DNA from: Deltaproteobacteria bacterium
Lineage (GTDB): Bacteria; Myxococcota; Kuafuiibacteriia; Kuafuiibacteriales; Kuafuiibacteriaceae
DNA length: 64,000 nt
Reading direction: 5' to 3'
NCBI GenBank assembly: GCA_040218735.1
Contig: JAVJQW010000011.1
Span: forward strand, 224,001-288,000
Shown here piece by piece: positions 16,866 to 24,957 of the stretch (within the stretch, counting starts at the first letter, position 1; every line of letters begins with the position of its first letter). Below the pieces are notes generated by a model that saw only the letters and a program-made list of their open reading frames with translations, made no database searches and had not been told where the DNA came from. The translations under genes were made by a program, and so were the position numbers.

Positions 16866-18302
16866 CTAAGCCGCTTCCTTGAGCGCTGCGTTCAGCTCGA
16901 GGAGCGCCTTCTTCCCGTCGCCGAACAGCATCAATGTGTTGTCGGCCGCGAAGAGCGGGTTGGGGATGCCGGCGAAGCCCGGGGAGAGGGAGCGCTTCAC
17001 GACGACGACCGTGCGCGCTTTGTCGACGTCCAGGATGGGCATCCCGGCGATCGGGCTGGTCGGGTCGGTGCGGGCGACCGGGTTCACGACGTCGTTCGCG
17101 CCGATGACCAACACCACGTCGGTCTGCTCGAACTGCGTGTTCACGTCGTCCATCTCCAGGAGCTTGTCGTAGGGGATGTCGGCCTCGGCGAGGAGCACGT
17201 TCATGTGCCCCGGCATCCGGCCCGCGACCGGGTGGATGCCGAACTCGACGTTCACGCCGCGCTCGGCCAGCAGGTTCGAGAGGTCACGCACCGCGTGCTG
17301 CGCCTGCGCCACCGCGAGGCCGTAGCCCGGGACGATGACGACGTTCTGTGCGCCGTCGAAGAGCATCGCGACCTCGTCCGCCGAGGACGCCTTCACCTTG
17401 CCGGCGTACACGTCGTCCGCCGAGGGTCCGTCCGCGGACGCCTCCAGCTTGGCGAACAACACGTTCGTCAGCGAACGGTTCATCGCCTTGCACATGATCT
17501 GCGTGAGGATGAGCCCCGATGCACCGACCAGCGAACCGGCCACGATCAACACGTTGTTTTGCAGCACGAAGCCCGTCGCCGACGCCGCGAGCCCCGAGTA
17601 CGAGTTCAACAACGCGATCACCACGGGCATGTCGGCGCCGCCGATCGGGATGACCAACATGATTCCGAGCACCGACGCGACCCCGACGAGCACCCAGTAG
17701 TTCTGCACCGCGGTCGGCTCCATCGTGACCCACGCGCCGAGGCCGATCGACCCGGCCGCGAGCAACGCGTTGACGACCTGCTGCCCCGGCACGCCCCTCA
17801 GCTTGGAGATCGCCTTGATCTCCTTCAGCTTCGCAAACGCGACCAACGAGCCGGTGAACGTCACCGCACCGATGATCCCGGAGGCCACCGTCGCCACGAC
17901 CAGCGTCGTGCTCACGGACGTCACGCCCGTCTTCACCAGCGCGGTGTCGACGGCGTCGAGCCCGCTCATCCCCGTCGCGGTGTAGAGCGCGGCCCCCGCG
18001 ACCAACACCGAAGCGATGCCGCCGAAGCCGTTGAAGATCGCGACCAGCTCCGGCATCGAGGTCATCTCGACCTTCACCGCGAGCACGGCGCCGATGATCG
18101 CGCCCGCCGCGAGCCCCGCGACGATCCAGGTGGGGGACACGATCTCCTTGTTGAAGAGTGTCACCACCACGGCGATCAGCATGCCGATCGCCCCCATCAT
18201 GTTCCCGCGCACCGCCGTGCGCGGGTGGGTCAGCCCCTTCAGCCCGAGGATGAAGATGACCGACGCAACGAGATACGCACTATTGATGATCGTTTCGCGC
18301 AT
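16866..18302 (-). CDS. pntB: NAD(P) transhydrogenase subunit beta
   Basis: IGGADMPVVIALLNSYSG, VPGYG, IHPVAGRMPGHMNVLLAEA, GANDVVNP. Confidence 0.98.
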   Translation of the reverse strand: MRETIINSAYLVASVIFILGLKGLTHPRTAVRGNMMGAIGMLIAVVVTLFNKEIVSPTWIVAGLAAGAIIGAVLAVKVEMTSMPELVAIFNGFGGIASVLVAGAALYTATGMSGLDAVDTALVKTGVTSVSTTLVVATVASGIIGAVTFTGSLVAFAKLKEIKAISKLRGVPGQQVVNALLAAGSIGLGAWVTMEPTAVQNYWVLVGVASVLGIMLVIPIGGADMPVVIALLNSYSGLAASATGFVLQNNVLIVAGSLVGASGLILTQIMCKAMNRSLTNVLFAKLEASADGPSADDVYAGKVKASSADEVAMLFDGAQNVVIVPGYGLAVAQAQHAVRDLSNLLAERGVNVEFGIHPVAGRMPGHMNVLLAEADIPYDKLLEMDDVNTQFEQTDVVLVIGANDVVNPVARTDPTSPIAGMPILDVDKARTVVVVKRSLSPGFAGIPNPLFAADNTLMLFGDGKKALLELNAALKEAA

Positions 18303-18305
18303 CGC

Positions 18306-18590
18306 TCACTTCCTCTTGAACATGTCGAGCATGCGGTGGGTGACGAAGAAGCCCCCCACCACGTTGATGGTCGCGAACACCAGCGCCGCGAACCCGAGGT
18401 AGGTCGTCAGCGCGCCCTGGTCCGCGCCCGCCGAGATGAGCGCACCGGCGATCGTGATGCCGGAGATCGCGTTCGACCCCGACATCAGCGGCGTGTGCAG
18501 CGTCGGCGGGACCTTCGTGATGATCTCCACGCCGACGAAGATCGAGAGCACGAAGATCGTGATCCCGGTGACGAGAATTTCCAGCTCCAT
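18306..18590 (-). CDS. pntAB: NAD(P) transhydrogenase alpha subunit part 2 (membrane)
   Basis: LHTPLMSGSNAISG, INVVGGFFVTHRMLDMF. Confidence 0.96.
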   Translation of the reverse strand: MELEILVTGITIFVLSIFVGVEIITKVPPTLHTPLMSGSNAISGITIAGALISAGADQGALTTYLGFAALVFATINVVGGFFVTHRMLDMFKRK

Positions 18591-18593
18591 GCC

Positions 18594-19799
18594 CTACGCC
18601 TCCGCCGCCGCGGGCTCCGCGGCCTCGGCCGGCTTGTCCAACGCCGGCAGCCCCAACACGTCGCGCACGCGCCCGTGCACGATCTCTTTGTCCTTCGTCA
18701 TCACCACGCCCGACGTGATCTCGTCCGCCATGTCGAGGACCAGGTTGCCCTCCTTGTCGACGAGGTGCTGAAGGAGCGTCGTCACGTTCTTCGCGTACAT
18801 CTGCGACGCGTGGAACGGGATGGTCGCGGGCAGGTTCGTCGGGCCGAGGATCGTAACGCCGTCGGTGTGCACCGTCTCGTCCGCCTTCGACGGCTCGACG
18901 TTGCCGCCACGCTCCGCCGCGAGGTCGATGATCACCGAGCCGAGCGGCATGCGCTTCACCATCTCCGCCGTGACGAGCACCGGCGACTGCTTGCCGGGGA
19001 TCGCCGCCGTGGTGATCACCACGTCCGACTCCGCGACGACCTCGCCCATCAGCTCGCGCTGCTTCTTGTAGAACTCTTCGCCGAGCGCCTTGGCGTAGCC
19101 GCCCTTGTCCTCGGCCTCACCCGCGTCGACCGCGAGCTCCACGAACTTCGCGCCGACGCTCTGCACCTGCTCCTTCACCGCCGGCCGCACGTCGTACGCC
19201 TTCACCACGGCGCCGAGGCGCTTCGCCGTCGCGCAGGCCTGGAGGCCGGCGACGCCGCAGCCGATCACGAAGACGTGCGCGGGGGCGACCGTGCCCGCCG
19301 CGGTCATCATCATCGGGAACATCTTGGGCAGGTGCGACGCCGCGAGGAGCACCGCCTTGTAGCCGGCGATCGTCGCCATCGACGACAGCGCGTCCATGCT
19401 CTGCGCGCGCGTGATGCGGGGGATGAGCTCCATCGCCACGAGCGTCGCGCCGGTCTTGGCGATCGCCGCCGTCATCTCCGTCTTGGCGAGCGGGTCGGAG
19501 AACCCGACCACGAGCTGGCCCTCGCGGAACATCGCGACATCGTCGAGCCCGTGCTGCGCGTTCGCCCCCGGGGCACGCACCATGGCGAGGATGTCCGCCT
19601 TGTCGAAGATCGCCTTACGGTCGTTCTCGACCGTCGCGCCCTTGTCGACGTACTCGGCGTCGCTGTAACCGGCGCTCTCGCCGGCGCCCGCTTGGATCAG
19701 GACGTCGATCCCACGCTTCTTCAGGGCGGGGAGGACCGCGGGCGTCAGCGCGACCCGCAGCTCACCGGCGAACGTCTCCTTCGGTACACCGACATGCAT
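18594..19799 (-). CDS. pntAA: NAD(P) transhydrogenase alpha subunit part 1 (NAD-binding)
   Basis: PRITRAQSMDALSS, AGYKAV, GGYAK, DLAAERGGN, ASQMYAKN. Confidence 0.96.
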   Translation of the reverse strand: MHVGVPKETFAGELRVALTPAVLPALKKRGIDVLIQAGAGESAGYSDAEYVDKGATVENDRKAIFDKADILAMVRAPGANAQHGLDDVAMFREGQLVVGFSDPLAKTEMTAAIAKTGATLVAMELIPRITRAQSMDALSSMATIAGYKAVLLAASHLPKMFPMMMTAAGTVAPAHVFVIGCGVAGLQACATAKRLGAVVKAYDVRPAVKEQVQSVGAKFVELAVDAGEAEDKGGYAKALGEEFYKKQRELMGEVVAESDVVITTAAIPGKQSPVLVTAEMVKRMPLGSVIIDLAAERGGNVEPSKADETVHTDGVTILGPTNLPATIPFHASQMYAKNVTTLLQHLVDKEGNLVLDMADEITSGVVMTKDKEIVHGRVRDVLGLPALDKPAEAAEPAAAEA

Positions 19800-19863
19800 G
19801 CCGGCGCCGAGTTAGCCCCAATGCCCACCGCAGGCAAGTGCGCGCGACGGGTGTCGCAGGGCG

Positions 19864-20880
19864 TCAATCCGGGACGAGGACGACCTTTCCGAGGTTTTCA
19901 CGGTCGTGGAGGATCTGATGCGCGTCCGCCGCCCGCGAAAACGGCACCGCCGCGTGGACGCGCACGCGCAAGACACCCTGCGCCCACAGCTCGAGGAGGT
20001 GGCCGAGCCAGCCGCTCAGGCGGTCCGCCTCGTTCCACATGCGGCCCATGTTCACGCCCATGATCGCCTTGTTCTCGTTCAACAGCGCGATCGGGTTGAA
20101 CTTCAGCCAGGGGATCTTCGCAGCGCTCGACACGTAGTCGACGAGGTTTCGCGTCGTGCCCTTCGCCGCCGCGGAGAACCCGAAACACACGAGCTTCCCG
20201 CCGGTGCGGAGGAGGCGGAAACCCTTCGCCCAGGACTCGCCGCCGATCGGGTCGAGCACGATGTCGAACGGCGGATCGTCGGCGAGCGCCCGCTCGTAGT
20301 CCTCGGTCGTGTAGTCGACGACTTTCGAATAGCCGAGCTCCATCAACATGTCGTGTTTCCACCGCGACGCGGTGCCGACCGCGATCGCGCCGCGCCGACG
20401 GATCAGATCCAACGCGGCGAGTCCGACGCCGCCGCCCGCGGAGTGCACGAAGACCCGATCACCCTCGCGGACACGCGCCATCTCCTCGAGCATCATCCAC
20501 GCCGTCAGCCCCGTGACCGGGATGGCGGCGGCGGTGACCGCGTCGAGCCCCTCGGGGCGCCGGACCGCCTGCACCTCGCTCACCACGACGTGGGACGAGT
20601 AACCGCCGAAGCGCGTCGCCGCGACGACCGGCGTCCCGACCTTGCCGCGCTCGACGCCGATGCCGACCTCGTCGATCACCCCCGCGACCTCGTAGCCGAC
20701 GACCGCCGGCAGCGGCGGCGCGTCCGGGTAGACGCCGATGCGGGTCATCAGGTCCGCGAAGTTCACGCCGGCGGCCTCGACGCGCACGCGCACCTCGCCG
20801 ACGCCGGGCATCGGGTCGGCCTTCTCACGAACCTCCAGGACGTGTGGTTCGCCCGTGCGCGGGATCCAGACCTGCTTCAT
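19864..20880 (-). CDS. Medium-chain dehydrogenase/quinone oxidoreductase (VAT-1-like)
   Basis: AAGVNFAD, GYEVAG, HSAGGGVG, RENLGKVVL. ATG overlaps the nth stop. Confidence 0.9.
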   Translation of the reverse strand: MKQVWIPRTGEPHVLEVREKADPMPGVGEVRVRVEAAGVNFADLMTRIGVYPDAPPLPAVVGYEVAGVIDEVGIGVERGKVGTPVVAATRFGGYSSHVVVSEVQAVRRPEGLDAVTAAAIPVTGLTAWMMLEEMARVREGDRVFVHSAGGGVGLAALDLIRRRGAIAVGTASRWKHDMLMELGYSKVVDYTTEDYERALADDPPFDIVLDPIGGESWAKGFRLLRTGGKLVCFGFSAAAKGTTRNLVDYVSSAAKIPWLKFNPIALLNENKAIMGVNMGRMWNEADRLSGWLGHLLELWAQGVLRVRVHAAVPFSRAADAHQILHDRENLGKVVLVPD

Positions 20881-21563
20881 GACGCCTTCTTTCGCTTCGT
20901 CTTCAGACGGGTGTTGTTCTTCGCCTCGTCGGCGATGCGCTTCTTCGACGCGGCCCAGCCACAGATCGGGCACGCCGCGAGGTCGTGGTAGAGCGCCGGG
21001 CAATGCTCGCGCCCGAAGTAGATGATCTGCAGGTGCAGCTTCGACCACGTGTCGCGCGCGAAGATCTTCTTGAGGTCGACCTCGACGTGGTCCGCGGTCT
21101 TGCCCGACGACAGCCCCCACCGGTGCGCGAGGCGATGGATGTGCGTGTCGACGGGGAACGCCGGCTGCCCGAAGGCCTGCGCCATCACGACGTTCGCCGT
21201 CTTGCGCCCGACGCCGGGGAGCTTCACGAGCGCGTCGAAGTCCGCGGGGACCTCACCGCCGTGCTCCGCTTCGAGCATCGTCCCGAGCCCCTTGAGGGAC
21301 TTCGCCTTCTGCGGCGCGAGCCCGATCTGACGGATGATCTGCCGGATCTGCTCGACCTCGAGCGCGGCCATCTTCGCGGGGGTGGGCGCCACCGCGAACA
21401 GGTCGGGCGTGACCTCGTTGACCTTTTTGTCGGTGGTCTGCGCGGAGAGCACCACGGCGACGAGGAGCGTGAACGGATCCGCGTGATCCAGGGGGATCGG
21501 CGGCTCGGGGTAGAGCGCCTCCAGGGTCTCGAGGATGCGCGCCGCCTTCTCCGCCCGCTTCAT
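20877..21563 (-). CDS. nth: Endonuclease III
   Basis: LSAQTTD, HhH motif LPGVGRKTA, FPVDTH, Cys cluster CPA...CPIC. Confidence 0.95.
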   Translation of the reverse strand: MKRAEKAARILETLEALYPEPPIPLDHADPFTLLVAVVLSAQTTDKKVNEVTPDLFAVAPTPAKMAALEVEQIRQIIRQIGLAPQKAKSLKGLGTMLEAEHGGEVPADFDALVKLPGVGRKTANVVMAQAFGQPAFPVDTHIHRLAHRWGLSSGKTADHVEVDLKKIFARDTWSKLHLQIIYFGREHCPALYHDLAACPICGWAASKKRIADEAKNNTRLKTKRKKAS

Positions 21564-21703
21564 GACCGCCCCTCTTAGTTCGGGGCGCACGCCAAGTCGA
21601 CCCGCGTCGTCCTTCGAATGATTTCGGCACCTTGCCCCACGAAATGACCGCCCCTGAAACATGTCGCAACATGTACGACATGTAGCCGATAAGCATACTA
21701 GCC

Positions 21704-22189
21704 ATGCGTACCGGAGACCGCTTCGACCCCACCCCTCGCGTCGAGGGCGTCCACCTGCACATGTTCGTCGGAGGTTCCTTCGACGCGCAGCGGGTCGGCC
21801 GCATGGTCGGCACCTACCAGGCGGGGATGGGCTGCGCGACGCACCACGTCTTCGACATCCCGGTCGCGAAGCTGAAGCCGGTCGTCCAGAAGAGCATCCC
21901 GGACTCGATCGCCTCGAACCGCGACGGGAGCATCATCCGCATCTACGTCCCGATCTCCAAGAACGGGCAGGTCGGCGAGATCGGCCTGATGAACGGCGTC
22001 TACAAGGCGCCCGCGCACCCCTTCGTGCCGCGCGACGGCGGCCCGATCTACTGCGCGCCGAACGACGCGGCCAAGTACCTCGCGCGCGGCGAGACGCGGC
22101 AGAAGGGCTCGCTGATCAACCCCTGGTCCGACAACGACACCTGGCAGCCCGGCCCCGGTGACCGTTTCCGCGTCACCGAGCACACCTGA
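21704..22189 (+). CDS. Hypothetical protein
   Basis: Strong GC3 bias and globular composition. No recognised motif. Confidence 0.7.
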   Translation: MRTGDRFDPTPRVEGVHLHMFVGGSFDAQRVGRMVGTYQAGMGCATHHVFDIPVAKLKPVVQKSIPDSIASNRDGSIIRIYVPISKNGQVGEIGLMNGVYKAPAHPFVPRDGGPIYCAPNDAAKYLARGETRQKGSLINPWSDNDTWQPGPGDRFRVTEHT

Positions 22190-22228
22190 GCCGCCCCCCG
22201 CGACGTGCGGTAGGCTCGGCGCATCGCC

Positions 22229-23134
22229 GTGCGCCGCTCGCTCCCCCTCCTCGCGTTCACGCTCGTCGCCTGCGCGACGACGCCGAAGCCCGCCCCCGAA
22301 GACACCCGGATCGAAGCGACGATCTACGACGGCCGAACGGGCGAAGTGATCTCGCGCGACGTGCTCTTCGAACGGCTCGCCGAAGCGCGCGTCGTCTACG
22401 TCGCCGAGCGGCACGACAGCGCCGATCACCACGACGTGCAACTGCAGGTCCTCGAAGCGCTCGCGGCGCGCACCGCGACGATCGGCATCGGGCTGGAGAT
22501 GGTGAAGCGCCCGTTCCAGAAGTGGCTCTCCGACTACGTCGCCGGGCGCATCGACGAGGCGAAGTTCATCGAGCGCGCCGAGTGGGAGCGACGGTGGGGC
22601 TTCGACTTCGCGATGTACCGTCCGCTGTTCGAGGTCGCGCGCGACAAGGGGATGCCGGCGTTTGCGCTGAACGCTCGGGACGAGATCACCCGCGCGGTCG
22701 CGCGCGAGGGGCTCGACGCGCTCGACCCGGTCGACCGTGAAGCGCTCCCCGAGCTCGACCTCACGGTCGAACGGCACCGCGCGATGGTGAAGGCGGTCTT
22801 CGACACCCACGACATGGGGAGCATGAAGTTCGAGGACTTCTACGCGGCGCAGACGATCTGGGACGAGACGATGGCGTTCGAGGTCGCCGCCGCGCTCGAG
22901 GGTGAAGGCGCCCCGAAGCAGCTCGTGGTGTTCGCGGGCTCCGGACACATCCGGTACGGCTACGGCATCCCGGACCGCGCGGCGAAGCGGGGCGCGACGC
23001 CGCACGCGACGGTGCTGCCGATCCTCGAGGACGAAGAGACCTCGGTGAAGCAGCTCGTGGAGGACGGCGCGGCCGACTTCCTGTGGATCATGCGGAAGGT
23101 GCCGGCGCGACCAGCACCGCGCCCTGCGGGTTGA
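22229..23134 (+). CDS. ChaN-family (haem-uptake/Tiki superfamily) lipoprotein
   Basis: Lipobox LVAC, VYVAERHD, GLEM, YRPLF, AQTIWDETMA, AGSGH. Confidence 0.88.
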   Translation: MRRSLPLLAFTLVACATTPKPAPEDTRIEATIYDGRTGEVISRDVLFERLAEARVVYVAERHDSADHHDVQLQVLEALAARTATIGIGLEMVKRPFQKWLSDYVAGRIDEAKFIERAEWERRWGFDFAMYRPLFEVARDKGMPAFALNARDEITRAVAREGLDALDPVDREALPELDLTVERHRAMVKAVFDTHDMGSMKFEDFYAAQTIWDETMAFEVAAALEGEGAPKQLVVFAGSGHIRYGYGIPDRAAKRGATPHATVLPILEDEETSVKQLVEDGAADFLWIMRKVPARPAPRPAG

Positions 23135-24137
23135 AGCGAACGCGGACGGCGGCCTCCTTCGTGAACGGCTTCGCGGTCACCGGCGCGGTGACGAACCACG
23201 TGCCGTGCTCGGTCTTCACGACGTACTCCTGGTGATCGCCGAGGTAGGTCGACGTCACGACGGTGCCCGCGATGCCGTCGCCCTCCGCGTGTAGCTCGAT
23301 CGCGTGTGGTCGCACCGCGAGCACGGGGCTGGCGAGGTCGCGGTGCGGCAGGGACAGCTCGAGCCCGCCGACACAAACACGCGCGACCTCGCCGTCGCGT
23401 TCCACTTCGACGTTCACGATGTTCGCTTCGCCGATGAACTCCGCGGCGAAGGCGTCCGCGGGGCGTTCGTACAGGTCGTGGGGTGTGGCGTCCTGCGCGA
23501 TGCGCGCGCGGTTCATCAACACGATGCGGTCGGAGATCGCGAGCGCTTCGTCCTGGTCGTGGGTGACGTAGACGGCGGTGAAGCCGACCTCCTGCTGCAA
23601 CGCGCGGATGTCCTCGCGCATCTGTCGCCGAAGGCGCGCGTCGAGGTTCGACAGCGGCTCGTCGAACAGCAGCACCTTCGGCTCCAGGACCAAGGCGCGC
23701 GCGACGGCGACGCGCTGTTGTTGCCCGCCGGAGAGCTCCGAGGGGAGGCGCGCCCCGAAGCCGGCGAGGCCGACGCGCTCGAGCCCCGCCTCCGCGGCGC
23801 GGTGCGCCGCGCCGCGTTCCTGCCGAGACATCACGAGCCCGTACGCGACGTTGTCGAGCACGGACATGTGCGGGAACAAAGCGTAGGACTGGAACACCAT
23901 CGACACGTCGCGCGCGGTGGCGGGGAGGTTCGTGACGTCCTGGCCGTCGATGCGGATCGTCCCTTCGGAGGCGAGCTCGAGCCCAGCGATCATCCGTAGC
24001 GTCGTGGTCTTGCCGCACCCCGACGGGCCGAGGAGCGTGACGAGCTGCCCGGCGTCGATGGCGAGGCTGGTCTTCTCGACCGCGGTGACCTCGCCGTAGC
24101 GTTTGACGACGTCGACCAGCTCGACGGCGAAGGTCAC
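23088..24137 (-). CDS. ABC transporter ATP-binding protein, AfuC/FbpC type with TOBE domain
   Basis: GPSGCGKT, VFQSYALFPHM, LSGGQQQR, FDEPLSNLD, YVTHDQ. GTG overlaps the upstream stop. Confidence 0.95.
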   Translation of the reverse strand: MTFAVELVDVVKRYGEVTAVEKTSLAIDAGQLVTLLGPSGCGKTTTLRMIAGLELASEGTIRIDGQDVTNLPATARDVSMVFQSYALFPHMSVLDNVAYGLVMSRQERGAAHRAAEAGLERVGLAGFGARLPSELSGGQQQRVAVARALVLEPKVLLFDEPLSNLDARLRRQMREDIRALQQEVGFTAVYVTHDQDEALAISDRIVLMNRARIAQDATPHDLYERPADAFAAEFIGEANIVNVEVERDGEVARVCVGGLELSLPHRDLASPVLAVRPHAIELHAEGDGIAGTVVTSTYLGDHQEYVVKTEHGTWFVTAPVTAKPFTKEAAVRVRFNPQGAVLVAPAPSA

Positions 24138-24925
24138 GGCGCGGCCCCGGTCGGCCGAACGAAGCCGTTCGACATCCACGACCGGCGCGCGCCCTCGAAC
24201 GCACGTTCGTAGCGTTCGATGACGATCGCGGCGTGGCGCCCGTCGGGGCTCTCGAAGACGCGGGCCTCGTCGATCGCGTAGCGGACCACGCCGGAGCGGC
24301 GGCGGGTCCCGGGTTCGATGGTCTGTCCGCCGATGACGAGGTGATAGGCGGCGCCCTTCTCCGCCTCGGGTGAGTAGGGATCGTCGACGGTGTGTTTCAC
24401 TTCGAACGCGAGGTCCGAGGTGCTCCCGTCGGACCACGTGATGCGCCACTTGTCGCCGACCTTCGTCGGTTTCACAGGGGCGCGGAAGTTGCCGACGACG
24501 ACGCCGTGTTGGCTGAGGAGCGTCGAACGTTGGGCGTCCGCGAGGGGCCGAAGCTCGGGCGGATCACACGGGTGGGTGTCGATTTGATCGCGCCGCACCA
24601 ACACGTCGCCCCCGTCGACGAAGCGGTCGGCCGCGGCGTCGACGACGCGGACGCGGAACATGTCGGAGCACTCGGCGCCTTCGGCGGGGACGTCGATCTG
24701 CAGCGCGTACCGCGCGCCGTCGGCGGACCAACCGTAGAACGTGAGCGCGTCGGGGATGTTCGGCGGCGTGAAGCTCTTGCGGTCCAGCTTCCAGGGGGGC
24801 CCCTGCGTGACCGCCGGCCCGGCGTCGCGCGCAGGCGGCGGAGGCGGTGGCGGTGGCGGCTCGGGGTCCGGCTTCTTGGTCTTGCAGGCCACGAGGCAGA
24901 GCGCGAGGAGCAAGAGGCGACGCAT
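24134..24925 (-). CDS. Lipoprotein resembling DUF2259 secreted proteins
   Basis: Lipobox LVAC, poly-Pro linker, GWSADG, C-terminal AFEG. An alternative coupled ATG lies at 24961. Confidence 0.6.
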   Translation of the reverse strand: MRRLLLLALCLVACKTKKPDPEPPPPPPPPPARDAGPAVTQGPPWKLDRKSFTPPNIPDALTFYGWSADGARYALQIDVPAEGAECSDMFRVRVVDAAADRFVDGGDVLVRRDQIDTHPCDPPELRPLADAQRSTLLSQHGVVVGNFRAPVKPTKVGDKWRITWSDGSTSDLAFEVKHTVDDPYSPEAEKGAAYHLVIGGQTIEPGTRRRSGVVRYAIDEARVFESPDGRHAAIVIERYERAFEGARRSWMSNGFVRPTGAAP

Positions 24926-24957
24926 CGGCGCCCTTGTCGCACGAACGTAATCGTCCG

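Noticed and set aside
16866-19799. Split transhydrogenase alpha subunit as a novelty
   Set aside because: The three-gene pntAA/AB/B layout is well known.
16857-20063. 1068-aa plus-strand ORF
   Set aside because: Antisense shadow of pntAA/pntAB/pntB, which share one frame.
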